From NCBI RefSeq assembly GCF_043950625.1, contig NZ_CP171007.1: 32,000 nt of DNA. The stretch is one strand, 5' to 3'. The DNA is from Alkanindiges sp. WGS2144. Its GTDB lineage: Bacteria > Pseudomonadota > Gammaproteobacteria > Pseudomonadales > Moraxellaceae. The notes under the pieces are model-generated. The model saw nothing but the letters and a program-made list of their open reading frames with translations, did not search any database and was not told the origin of the DNA. Below are positions 9,722-18,513 of this stretch, piece by piece. Position numbers and translations under genes: made by a program. Every line of letters starts with the position of its first letter. The first letter of the stretch is position 1.

Positions 9722-10861
9722 TTGATCCGCGTGCTTAGTGTGTTTGGTACACGCCCAGAAGCCATTAAAATGGCGCCTTTAGTTCAAGCACTGCAAGCTG
9801 AATCAGAAATTGAAGCAAGAGTATGCGTTACTGCTCAGCACCGACAAATGCTTGACTCAGTACTCAATTTATTCGATATTCAGCCAGACTATGACTTGGA
9901 TGTGATGCAAGTAGGACAAAGTTTGACCGCTTTGACGACAAAAATTTTGGTCGGCCTCGAAGAAGTTTTACATGATTTTAAACCGGATATGGTTCTGGTT
10001 CATGGAGACACGTCTACCACTTTAGCCACCAGTTTGGCAGCATTTTATCAGCGCATCTCGGTAGGGCATATTGAAGCAGGCCTTAGGACCTATAATCTTT
10101 ACTCTCCGTGGCCTGAAGAAGGCAACAGGCAACTAACTCGAGTGTTAAGCGAGCTGCATTTTGCTCCCACTGAGCAGGCAGGTGAACACTTAAGAAAGGA
10201 ATGTGTGCCAGAAGAGAATATAATTATTACTGGCAACACAGTAATTGATGCCTTACTTCAGGTTAAACAGAAATTAGATGCCGATAAAACCATTAATGAA
10301 CAGATGGTTAAGCATTATTCCATGCTGGACTTGAATAAAAAGAGAGTTCTAATAACGGGACACCGTCGTGAAAACTTTGGTGATGGTTTTGAGAATATTT
10401 GTCAGGCCATTGCTGAGCTCGCCACAGAGTTTCCCGAGGTGGAGTTCGTGTATCCCATGCACCTTAACCCTAATGTCAGAGAGCCGGTAAATCGTCTGCT
10501 GAATAATTTTGATAATGTGAAGCTGATTGAACCACAAGATTACTTACCTTTTATATGGCTCATGACTAAAAGTTATCTTATTTTGACAGATTCGGGCGGT
10601 ATTCAGGAGGAAGCACCATCATTGGGTCTTCCGGTGCTCGTAATGCGTGACACAACGGAGCGCCCCGAGGCGGTGGTGGCAGGTACTGTTAAGCTGGTCG
10701 GAACTCATAAAGACACGATTACAGAAAATGTAAGAGTTTTACTTACAAACTCTGTTCTTTATGACGAAATGGCTCTCGCCCATAACCCTTATGGCGACGG
10801 CAGAGCCTGTGAGCGTATTGTGAATGCCATAAAGCAATCTTTTGGCTCTTGTACTGTTTAA
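9722..10861 (+). CDS. wecB: UDP-N-acetylglucosamine 2-epimerase (non-hydrolysing)
   Basis: 379 aa. The N-terminus [14 protein letters not shown], then [15 protein letters not shown] and [26 protein letters not shown], are classic WecB/MnaA motifs. TTG start with AGGAG 6 nt upstream. Pairing with the dehydrogenase downstream argues for the non-hydrolysing type. Confidence 0.93.
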   Translation: MIRVLSVFGTRPEAIKMAPLVQALQAESEIEARVCVTAQHRQMLDSVLNLFDIQPDYDLDVMQVGQSLTALTTKILVGLEEVLHDFKPDMVLVHGDTSTTLATSLAAFYQRISVGHIEAGLRTYNLYSPWPEEGNRQLTRVLSELHFAPTEQAGEHLRKECVPEENIIITGNTVIDALLQVKQKLDADKTINEQMVKHYSMLDLNKKRVLITGHRRENFGDGFENICQAIAELATEFPEVEFVYPMHLNPNVREPVNRLLNNFDNVKLIEPQDYLPFIWLMTKSYLILTDSGGIQEEAPSLGLPVLVMRDTTERPEAVVAGTVKLVGTHKDTITENVRVLLTNSVLYDEMALAHNPYGDGRACERIVNAIKQSFGSCTV

Positions 10862-10868
10862 TTTCTGA

Positions 10869-12107
10869 GTGACTTTTATGTCTACCATACAAAAAATATC
10901 GGTAAGCGGCCTAGGTTATATTGGTTTACCTACCGCAGCTATGTTTGCGCACTATGGCGCCCGGGTGATTGGTCTGGATGTAAATCAACATGCCATTAAT
11001 ACCATTAATCAAGGTAGGATACATATCGTTGAGCCAGGCTTAGAAAACATTGTAAAAAAAGTAGTAGAGTCAGGCCATCTAAAAGCCTCTCTTACTGCTG
11101 AACCAGCCGATGCTTTTTTAATTGCTGTGCCTACACCGTTTAAAGGTGGCGATCATACTCCGGATCTTTCTTACATCGAAGCTGCCGCAAAGACTATTGC
11201 CCCTGTACTGCAAAAAGGCAATGTAGTTATTTTAGAGTCTACTTCCCCAGTGGGCGCTACAGAACAAATGGTAGAGTGGCTGGCAGCAGCGCGCCCTGAT
11301 TTAAATTTTCCTAAAGATGAAAGTACTCAGGATATGGATGTGCATGTAGCACATTGCCCAGAGCGTGTGCTGCCGGGTCAGGTTGTTAGAGAATTAGTAG
11401 AGAATGATCGTACGGTAGGAGGAATTACTCCAGCGTGTACCCAAAAGGCCTGTGAAGTATATAAGATATTTGTTAAAGGAGAGCTGGTTGCCACTAATGC
11501 TCGTACTGCAGAGATGGCAAAACTCACCGAGAACGCATTTCGTGACGTTAATATTGCTTTTGCTAATGAGCTATCACTCATCTGTGACCGTTTAAGTATC
11601 AATGTATGGGAGCTCATCGACTTAGCGAACCATCATCCCCGGGTCAATATCTTGAAGCCGGGGCCGGGCGTTGGTGGCCATTGTATTGCGGTTGATCCCT
11701 GGTTTATTGTGAATAAAACCCCTGATTTGGCGCGTGTGATAAAGACTGCCCGCGAGGTGAATGATAATAAGCCAGAGTGGGTGGTGAAGAAAATTGAACA
11801 AGCTGTTGCCCAATTAGGTGATCTAGGACGTAAGCCTAGAGTAGCTTTACTGGGGCTGGCATTTAAGCCTGATATTGATGACTTACGTGAAAGCCCAGCT
11901 GTGGAGATTGCAAGACGAGTAGGTTTGAATGATGGAGTGGAGTTATTATTAGTTGAGCCGAATATTGACGAGCTTCCTGAGAAGATCGCAAGAAGTCATC
12001 TGGTTAATCTGGAGGACGCATTAGCAGCCGCAGACATAACGGCTGTTTTAGTGAGCCACAAAGAATTCAAGAATCTTCCTCAGGAAGTGGTAAGTTTTGT
12101 AAGGTAA
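10869..12107 (+). CDS. wecC: UDP-N-acetyl-D-mannosamine dehydrogenase
   Basis: 412 aa. NAD fold GLGYIGLP, catalytic-Cys context GPGVGGHCIAVDPWF and C-terminal LGLAFKPDIDDLRESPA of the UDP-sugar 6-dehydrogenase family. GTG start, with ATG at 10878 as an alternative. Lies directly after wecB. Confidence 0.92.
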   Translation: MTFMSTIQKISVSGLGYIGLPTAAMFAHYGARVIGLDVNQHAINTINQGRIHIVEPGLENIVKKVVESGHLKASLTAEPADAFLIAVPTPFKGGDHTPDLSYIEAAAKTIAPVLQKGNVVILESTSPVGATEQMVEWLAAARPDLNFPKDESTQDMDVHVAHCPERVLPGQVVRELVENDRTVGGITPACTQKACEVYKIFVKGELVATNARTAEMAKLTENAFRDVNIAFANELSLICDRLSINVWELIDLANHHPRVNILKPGPGVGGHCIAVDPWFIVNKTPDLARVIKTAREVNDNKPEWVVKKIEQAVAQLGDLGRKPRVALLGLAFKPDIDDLRESPAVEIARRVGLNDGVELLLVEPNIDELPEKIARSHLVNLEDALAAADITAVLVSHKEFKNLPQEVVSFVR

Positions 12108-12113
12108 TTTGAG

Positions 12114-14411
12114 ATGAGTAAAGTAGAAATATCCCGCTCGAAAAAAAGGCGTCGAAAAATGATACAGGCTGAGAACGCGGACAGTGCTTTGACTAGTAAA
12201 CCCTTGCAAGCTGCCGGTAATGATAACACCGATAGCGAAGGCATATTTGAAGCAATAAAAAGTATTCAGGAGCAAAATATTGAGTTACAAGATAGAATTA
12301 CGTCGTTGAATCAAGAGTTTAGTTTGTTTAAAAATCTTGTTGTGCCCGACCAAAAGCTAGTGCGAAGCGAGAACACTGGCATTACAAGAGAGCACCTAGT
12401 AAGTTTATTGAGTGCAGAATTGAAAAGTTCTAATAGTGAGCTGTTAAAACAAGTAGAAAACCTAGGACGTCCGGAGTATTCCGCACTCTTGTCATTATTA
12501 ACGTCTAAGAAACAGGAAGTAGACATAGAACGCACTATCTCTTATCAGCTAGGTAAGGCAATAATAGAGAGTACTAAGAGTTTAGAGAATTTACTGCGTT
12601 TACCTGCGAAATTATTAGATATCAAAGCAGAGAATGAGAGAAGGAAGCAGCGTCAAAAGTTAAAATATGTTAATGATGACGGCTCACTTCTTAAAAAATC
12701 TATTCTACATAAGGAGGGGGAGCTAGGGCAGGATACACAAGATGTTGAAACCGTTATCCCCCCTCTACCTCCAGAATTACTTAACAAGAAGTTCTCAAAA
12801 GCGCTTACATTACTTGACCCGATCTCAGAACTATGTTGGCAAGATGGATTTCCAGGCTTTGCAATCAGTCGTCAGAAATTTGAAGAACAAATTACTTCTT
12901 CGTCAAGTGATTTTGCCTTTTTTGAGAGCGCTTGGAAAGCTAATAAGTCTCAATGGGTGTATGCATTTAATTCACCTAATTTACAGCATAAAAATGCTCA
13001 GGATCTGTTTAGGGTTATCAGCTTATTGCGTGCCAAAAGAATGCCAATAATTTTTTGGAACAAAGAAGACCCCATGCATTATGAAATGTTTAAGCCTATC
13101 GCGAAAGAAGCGGATTACGTGTTCACGACCGATATTTTAAAGGTTGAGCAATATAAGAAAGACTTAGGACATAATCGAGTATGGGAGCTACCTTTCGCGG
13201 CTCCCATTAGAATAACAAACCCGGTAGGGCGTTTTGAACTCGACACAGAAAATATTTGTTTTGCTGGCACGTATTATGCTAAGAATCATCCAGAAAGAAA
13301 AGAACAAATGGACAAGCTTTTGCCTGTATTATTAAAATTTGGCGGAACTATTTATAATCGTGCATCTAATTTGTCCAGTGATAATTACCTGTTCCCTGAG
13401 ATTTATCAGCCGATACTAAGAGATGGCGTTAATTTTGAGGAAATGACTCGGCTTTATAAAAAATTTAAAATCTTTCTGAATGTGAATACAATTACCAATT
13501 CGCCCACAATGATGTCTAGACGAGTATATGAATTGCTAGCAAGCGGTACCCCCGTGATTTCTACTCCGTCGAAAGCAATTACCGAGCAGTTTCCAGGGAT
13601 AGTTTTAACTGTGCGGAATGAAAAAGAAGCAGAGCTGGCAGTTGAGAAGTTATTGACGGATAGCTATTTCTGGAATAGACAATCAGTTTTAGGGATCAGA
13701 GAGGTACTATCTAAACATACTTACGAAAGTCGCTGGGCTGATATCCGGGCTAAGATGAGAGGGGAAACTCATCTTCAATGCCCGTCGGATTTATCTTTAA
13801 AAGTAGTGGCGATCTATCATGGTTATCAGGATCTTGGTCAGTTCATTCAACATATATTCGACCAAAATGAAAATGTTAGTGAGCTAGTAATTTTGAAATC
13901 TTCTGAAAAAGAACTGCTACTGCCAGAGTCTACAGCCGCTCTTTCTGCCAAAGTAGCGATTGAGAATATAGGGGGCTTTGATTTAAAACAATATATAAAT
14001 GATAAAGAGGAAGATTATACTCTCTTTACGACTGATAAAGTTATGTTGTTCAAAAATTGTCTCACTGATATGATTCTTTCGATGAAATACAATAATGCAG
14101 CAGCCGTTTCAAGAAGGGTTTACTACGATATTAATGAAATAAAAGGAATAGCAGACCTGCAATTACCCGAACCAGACTGGTTTGCCTATACAAAAAATGT
14201 TGATTTGAACTGTCTGCTTATAAGCAATAAATTAAAACTTCAAATTCACATTGATTTAGATAAGCAGCAAGCGAGGACATCAATTGACTCTAATATTTAC
14301 TTAATAGATCCGTTCAACGTTGTGAAAATTAGTTCATTGCCTATCACTAAGCGCATAGCCAAAATCCATGAGCAGTTCAAATATAAATTCGAAACTACGA
14401 TAGGAATTTAA
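12114..14411 (+). CDS. Multidomain putative capsule glycosyltransferase/polymerase (coiled-coil N-terminus, CgeB-like GT-B core, unknown C-terminal domain)
   Basis: 765 aa. Residues ~1-230 are basic and heptad-like (KKRRRK, then a long charged helix). Residues ~235-560 carry ESAW, IIFWNKEDPMHY, LPFAAP and LNVNTITNSPTMMSRRVYELLASGTPVIS (R-x3-E-x2-A-x-G, a GT-B C-terminal signature). The last ~200 aa are unassigned. It is a clear paralogue of the ORF at 18514-19515. Confidence 0.75.
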   Translation: MSKVEISRSKKRRRKMIQAENADSALTSKPLQAAGNDNTDSEGIFEAIKSIQEQNIELQDRITSLNQEFSLFKNLVVPDQKLVRSENTGITREHLVSLLSAELKSSNSELLKQVENLGRPEYSALLSLLTSKKQEVDIERTISYQLGKAIIESTKSLENLLRLPAKLLDIKAENERRKQRQKLKYVNDDGSLLKKSILHKEGELGQDTQDVETVIPPLPPELLNKKFSKALTLLDPISELCWQDGFPGFAISRQKFEEQITSSSSDFAFFESAWKANKSQWVYAFNSPNLQHKNAQDLFRVISLLRAKRMPIIFWNKEDPMHYEMFKPIAKEADYVFTTDILKVEQYKKDLGHNRVWELPFAAPIRITNPVGRFELDTENICFAGTYYAKNHPERKEQMDKLLPVLLKFGGTIYNRASNLSSDNYLFPEIYQPILRDGVNFEEMTRLYKKFKIFLNVNTITNSPTMMSRRVYELLASGTPVISTPSKAITEQFPGIVLTVRNEKEAELAVEKLLTDSYFWNRQSVLGIREVLSKHTYESRWADIRAKMRGETHLQCPSDLSLKVVAIYHGYQDLGQFIQHIFDQNENVSELVILKSSEKELLLPESTAALSAKVAIENIGGFDLKQYINDKEEDYTLFTTDKVMLFKNCLTDMILSMKYNNAAAVSRRVYYDINEIKGIADLQLPEPDWFAYTKNVDLNCLLISNKLKLQIHIDLDKQQARTSIDSNIYLIDPFNVVKISSLPITKRIAKIHEQFKYKFETTIGI

Positions 14412-14413
14412 AA

Positions 14414-15472
14414 GTGAAGATAGTACTGTTTGATTCTATTTTAGAGCGTCATTTACCTGAGAGTTTAAAACGTGCACTCGAACAGCTGGGTCATGAAGTT
14501 GTATACACTGACCTGCTTTTGCTTGGTCATGACATGATTCAAAAAGAATCTGACATAAAATTTATGTGGCAACAAATAGAAAAAGTGGCAGATGCAAAGC
14601 CTGACCTGTTCGTAGCATTTCGGCCAATGAATTTGACTACTGAAATGCTGCGTTTCCTACGCGAGAGAATGAGAACTGCTATTTGGCTATCGGATGATCC
14701 TGTACTCTATAAAACTTGCTATGCGCATGTCGTTAATGATTATGACATAATATTACACTGTGGTTATGCGGATATATTGCGCTTCTACGAAGCCAAGGGG
14801 CATCCTGCTGGCTTCAACTTTCCTTTCTGGACCGATCATCATAGTTTCCCGGTTATTTATGATCCAGAGAAGGCACAAACCGATCTGATTTTTTTAGGTA
14901 ATATGCATGGCCAGGTAAGGCGTAAACGGTACATGGAGCTAGCTAGCTTACCATTTTCTAAAAAGATTTATGGTCTGCTAGATTCTGATCCTCTTGGAAT
15001 GCACGGAGGGTTTCTAAAAGAAGCGTATCTATATACAGAGCGTGTGTCGGAAGTTTTAGCAACTGCGAAAGTTGGTATAAGTATTCCCCAGTTTTTCTCT
15101 GAATATAGCGGCTTACATTATAACTTTACCGAGTTGCCGGATTTAGGTTATTTTCAATTTCCTAGCCGGGTGATTCAGTATGCGGCCAGTGGGTTGCCGA
15201 TTGTAGCTGTTGGGGATAAGCGCATGCAGGAGGTCTACCCAGAAATCTTTGTTGCTGAAACAGTGTCATCTTTAAAGCCCGCAATAGATAGGATTGTGAA
15301 AGATAAAGATTTCGCTCTAGAAGTTTCAAGAAAAACACTTCTAAGGTTCGAAAGCTCATTTTCTGCTCTAAGTAGAGCAAAGATGCTGATAGCTGTTTCT
15401 AATTCTCTAGAGCAATATCAAAAACTGTCAGTTCAGGAAAGAGCACATCTATTCACTAATCTTGCAGTATGA
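14414..15472 (+). CDS. Putative glycosyltransferase, divergent CgeB-like GT-B family member
   Basis: 352 aa. It is colinear with the core of the previous protein: IWLSDDPVLY vs IFWNKEDPMHY, DLIFLGN vs NICFAGT, FPSRVIQYAASGLPIVAV vs MMSRRVYELLASGTPVIS. GTG start 2 nt after the previous stop. Confidence 0.7.
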   Translation: MKIVLFDSILERHLPESLKRALEQLGHEVVYTDLLLLGHDMIQKESDIKFMWQQIEKVADAKPDLFVAFRPMNLTTEMLRFLRERMRTAIWLSDDPVLYKTCYAHVVNDYDIILHCGYADILRFYEAKGHPAGFNFPFWTDHHSFPVIYDPEKAQTDLIFLGNMHGQVRRKRYMELASLPFSKKIYGLLDSDPLGMHGGFLKEAYLYTERVSEVLATAKVGISIPQFFSEYSGLHYNFTELPDLGYFQFPSRVIQYAASGLPIVAVGDKRMQEVYPEIFVAETVSSLKPAIDRIVKDKDFALEVSRKTLLRFESSFSALSRAKMLIAVSNSLEQYQKLSVQERAHLFTNLAV

Positions 15473-15495
15473 TAACCAATTTCTAAGACTAAGAT

Positions 15496-17463
15496 ATGAT
15501 TCCTATTTATATAAATTCTCCTTTCATTAAAGAAAATACTGTCTCTTTTTCTTGGAGTGTCGAAGAAAAAATTGACTGTATAACTAATCACTTTTACGTG
15601 AAATACCATGGGATTAATATAGAAGAAGTACCAATTGAGGTACATCTAAATACTTTCTTATCTCTTTTTCTAAATGCATTAGGCAATGTAGAAAAGGAAT
15701 ATATGCTAATTTTTGAGGAGCCTATCTGCGAATGGATAGGAGAACTCTGGTTGGGTTATTTCAAATATAATCATGTCAAAATTGCTCAAATAACTCCTAG
15801 CCAGGTGAGGAAAAAGAGAGAGACGGCCATAAGTAAAACCGAGACATTAGGCATTTTATATGGAGGTGGAAAGGATTCATTGTTTACTCTTTCTTTACTC
15901 TCCAATTTTTTTAAGAAAATAAGTCTATTGTCCTACATCATTCCGAACTCTCATGTAACTCCAGAAGTTTTCGCGAGCAGGCGTGAAAAGTTAATCTTAA
16001 ATAAAATTAAAGATTATTATGATGTTGACATAATACAAATTGAAACTAACGCGCGGGGAGTTTTCTACCCTAACTGTAGTTTAGAATTGTATATGGGTCC
16101 CGTAGGACTCTTAGTGTATTTGGGAATGTTTGAATATATAACTTACAGTTTTGAGTACTCACATTTTTTCACAAAGTTAGGAAATAAAAATTTAATTTCG
16201 TATCGAAGATCGAGGAATGAACAGATTAATCGAATTTCTTCTTTTTACCGTGATTACCTAGCGCCCGAAGAGGTTGAGATCTTTAATGCAAACTACTATA
16301 TGACTGAACTTTCTAGTTTCAGCTACTTATCGAAAACTTCAAAGAACTTTACAAATTACTTGGTAATGTGTGAGTCCACTTTAGATGCAACGAAGAAATG
16401 GTGCCTATCATGTACTAAGTGTGCGGAGTTTGTCCTCTTTTCAATTTTTAATGGTGTTAAACAAGAGGATATAGATGTGGAGTCATTTTTCGAGTCCTCT
16501 CCTTGGATAGTAGAAGTAATAAAAACGATTAAGAAAAATAATTATAAGGAATTATATTTTCCTAAGCTCACTGCTAGCTATCATTATGACTCTTTCAGGT
16601 ATGTTTTATCTCAAATTAGAGAAATGAGCTATGCGTTTAATTCTAATGAGGCTAAGGCTAATTTTGAGATTTTAATTGGTACCTATGGTAATACGATGAT
16701 CAAAAATGAAAATATTTATTATAAAGATCTGGTAGCGCAATCTGTACCAAAAAATTTACAAAATTTTATTGTTGAGGAAATTAGCTCTCATATACAGGAT
16801 GGGGTTGCACCGGAAATTAAAGAGGTCGGTGGGTTTATTGCAGAGTACGATAAATCTTTCAGATTAAGCTTTAATGATATCAATAGTTTTTCTGCTACCT
16901 CCCAAGATGTCTTGGGAGCGTTAGTAAATTATTATAAAAAGCCTCAAGTGAGGTCAGACATATATAAAGAGGACTTTAACTTTTCTAAGGGAAATTTCAA
17001 AGTTCACTCTTTTTCCGATACATTAATAGGAGATCGTGTGATTGTCGATTATGGAAGAAACTGGTTAGACCTTTATTATGATGAGAGAGCACCTAAAAAT
17101 AATAGTGGTATTATATGTAGTATTAATTTTCCATCCATGGTTAAAGACATTATAATTTCCGGTTGGTTCACAAACTATAGCCTACAATTTACTGGTAGAT
17201 TTGTTCTAACAGTATATGTTAATGAAAAGCCATTCTCTTCTATCAAGGATTTTTCAAAACTTGCTAATAGCAATGGTAGGTTTTTTATGCTAATAAATTA
17301 TAAGGATGATATTGCTAGCGTGAAATTTAAATTACAAACTTTATATAATCTAGAGGCTTGGAATTGGGGGAGGGCAGCCAGACTTATTTTAGAATTTGGA
17401 AGAGCAGGAAAAGTTGATCAAAATAAAATTTTACCTTACATGCTAGAGCATGAGGTATTTTAA
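15496..17463 (+). CDS. Large orphan protein with a PP-loop-like (adenine nucleotide alpha-hydrolase) motif; function unknown
   Basis: 655 aa and very AT-rich. GILYGGGKDSLFTLSLL resembles the SGGxDS PP-loop, and a Cys cluster WCLSCTKCAEF lies ~190 aa downstream. I could not assign the C-terminal ~320 aa. No obvious Shine-Dalgarno sequence. Confidence 0.7.
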   Translation: MIPIYINSPFIKENTVSFSWSVEEKIDCITNHFYVKYHGINIEEVPIEVHLNTFLSLFLNALGNVEKEYMLIFEEPICEWIGELWLGYFKYNHVKIAQITPSQVRKKRETAISKTETLGILYGGGKDSLFTLSLLSNFFKKISLLSYIIPNSHVTPEVFASRREKLILNKIKDYYDVDIIQIETNARGVFYPNCSLELYMGPVGLLVYLGMFEYITYSFEYSHFFTKLGNKNLISYRRSRNEQINRISSFYRDYLAPEEVEIFNANYYMTELSSFSYLSKTSKNFTNYLVMCESTLDATKKWCLSCTKCAEFVLFSIFNGVKQEDIDVESFFESSPWIVEVIKTIKKNNYKELYFPKLTASYHYDSFRYVLSQIREMSYAFNSNEAKANFEILIGTYGNTMIKNENIYYKDLVAQSVPKNLQNFIVEEISSHIQDGVAPEIKEVGGFIAEYDKSFRLSFNDINSFSATSQDVLGALVNYYKKPQVRSDIYKEDFNFSKGNFKVHSFSDTLIGDRVIVDYGRNWLDLYYDERAPKNNSGIICSINFPSMVKDIIISGWFTNYSLQFTGRFVLTVYVNEKPFSSIKDFSKLANSNGRFFMLINYKDDIASVKFKLQTLYNLEAWNWGRAARLILEFGRAGKVDQNKILPYMLEHEVF

Positions 17464-17603
17464 TTTTGAAAGTTATCCAACTTAGGTCGGGCATTTATTA
17501 TTTGGTATATCTGTTCTTTATAGGAAATTCATTGACTCAAAGTTAAGAAAACTGGTGAGGGTTTCCTGATTTTTATAAGGGCATAATACATGAGGGATTA
17601 TAT

Positions 17604-18413
17604 ATGATTTTTATTCAGAATTTCGATTCAGTACTATCACATGGAAGCAGCAGCGGTAAAGACTATATCTTCAGTTATGCGAATCAAACTATTCCCTTGA
17701 GTCTGAGTATTAAGGAGTCTAATAAGCTAGTTATTTTTTTACCTGGAGCCTTTGATCTGAGCCAAAATCTACCGAAGTTTCAGAGGAAAAGTTACTTTGC
17801 TGAGCTCCCTTATAACCTCATCAGTATCTTTGATCCAACTTTGATCATGAATCCTAACCTTTCTATTGGATGGTTTCAAGGAGATAAAAATACTGATTTA
17901 TTCTCAATTGTTTACCCCATACTTAGCAGTTTGATAAAAAGAATCAATATTCCAACAGAGAATATTCTTTTCTTTGCTACCTCTGCGGGAGGGATACCTG
18001 CGCTCAAGCTAGCCACAAAATTTAGGGGGGCAAGTGTTTATCTCGGAAACATCCAAGTCGATGCACTAAAATATTATAAAAAGTTTGTAGATAAGATGCT
18101 TATTAGTTGTTATGGAGGTATAGATAACTTAGAGTTGTATGAACACAAATTAAACGTCTATAATGAATTTGGCGATATTAATGTATTCTACGCACAAAAT
18201 AAATGCGATTTTTTACATTATGTCGAACATTTCCTTCCTTTTGTAGAGAGAAGTAGAAGTAATTTTTCTAATTTTGAAGGGGTAGTGTACGAACACAAGG
18301 AGAGTGAACATAATCCTATTTCTAAAGAAATAGAACTCAAAGTGATCAGAGATATTTTTGAAAAACATACTATCAAGGAAGCTTTTTCCGATATAACTAT
18401 CAGAATCGTGTAG
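17604..18413 (+). CDS. Alpha/beta-hydrolase-like protein, candidate capsule O-acetyltransferase/esterase
   Basis: 269 aa. Nucleophile-elbow-like FFATSAGG (Ser127), with downstream Asp (NKCDF, D202) and His (ESEHNP, H236) spaced as in a Ser-Asp-His triad. GAGGGA lies 6 nt upstream of the ATG. The resemblance to the meningococcal serogroup A O-acetyltransferase CsaC/MynC is from memory only. Confidence 0.65.
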   Translation: MIFIQNFDSVLSHGSSSGKDYIFSYANQTIPLSLSIKESNKLVIFLPGAFDLSQNLPKFQRKSYFAELPYNLISIFDPTLIMNPNLSIGWFQGDKNTDLFSIVYPILSSLIKRINIPTENILFFATSAGGIPALKLATKFRGASVYLGNIQVDALKYYKKFVDKMLISCYGGIDNLELYEHKLNVYNEFGDINVFYAQNKCDFLHYVEHFLPFVERSRSNFSNFEGVVYEHKESEHNPISKEIELKVIRDIFEKHTIKEAFSDITIRIV

Positions 18414-18513
18414 TTTTTCTAAAGTGGAGCCAAGGTCGTTATTTTGCTTTAACTCTCTTTCCGGTTAAAATATTTAATTATATTAATGAGTTGGTAGGTG
18501 AAAGATTTTCAAG

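Noticed and set aside
12048-12275. 75-aa minus-strand ORF bridging the wecC/765-aa gene junction, and a 70-aa minus-strand ORF at 15433-15645.
   Set aside because: Both are antisense to tightly packed plus-strand genes in AT-rich DNA, where long open antisense frames arise easily. No motifs or RBS.
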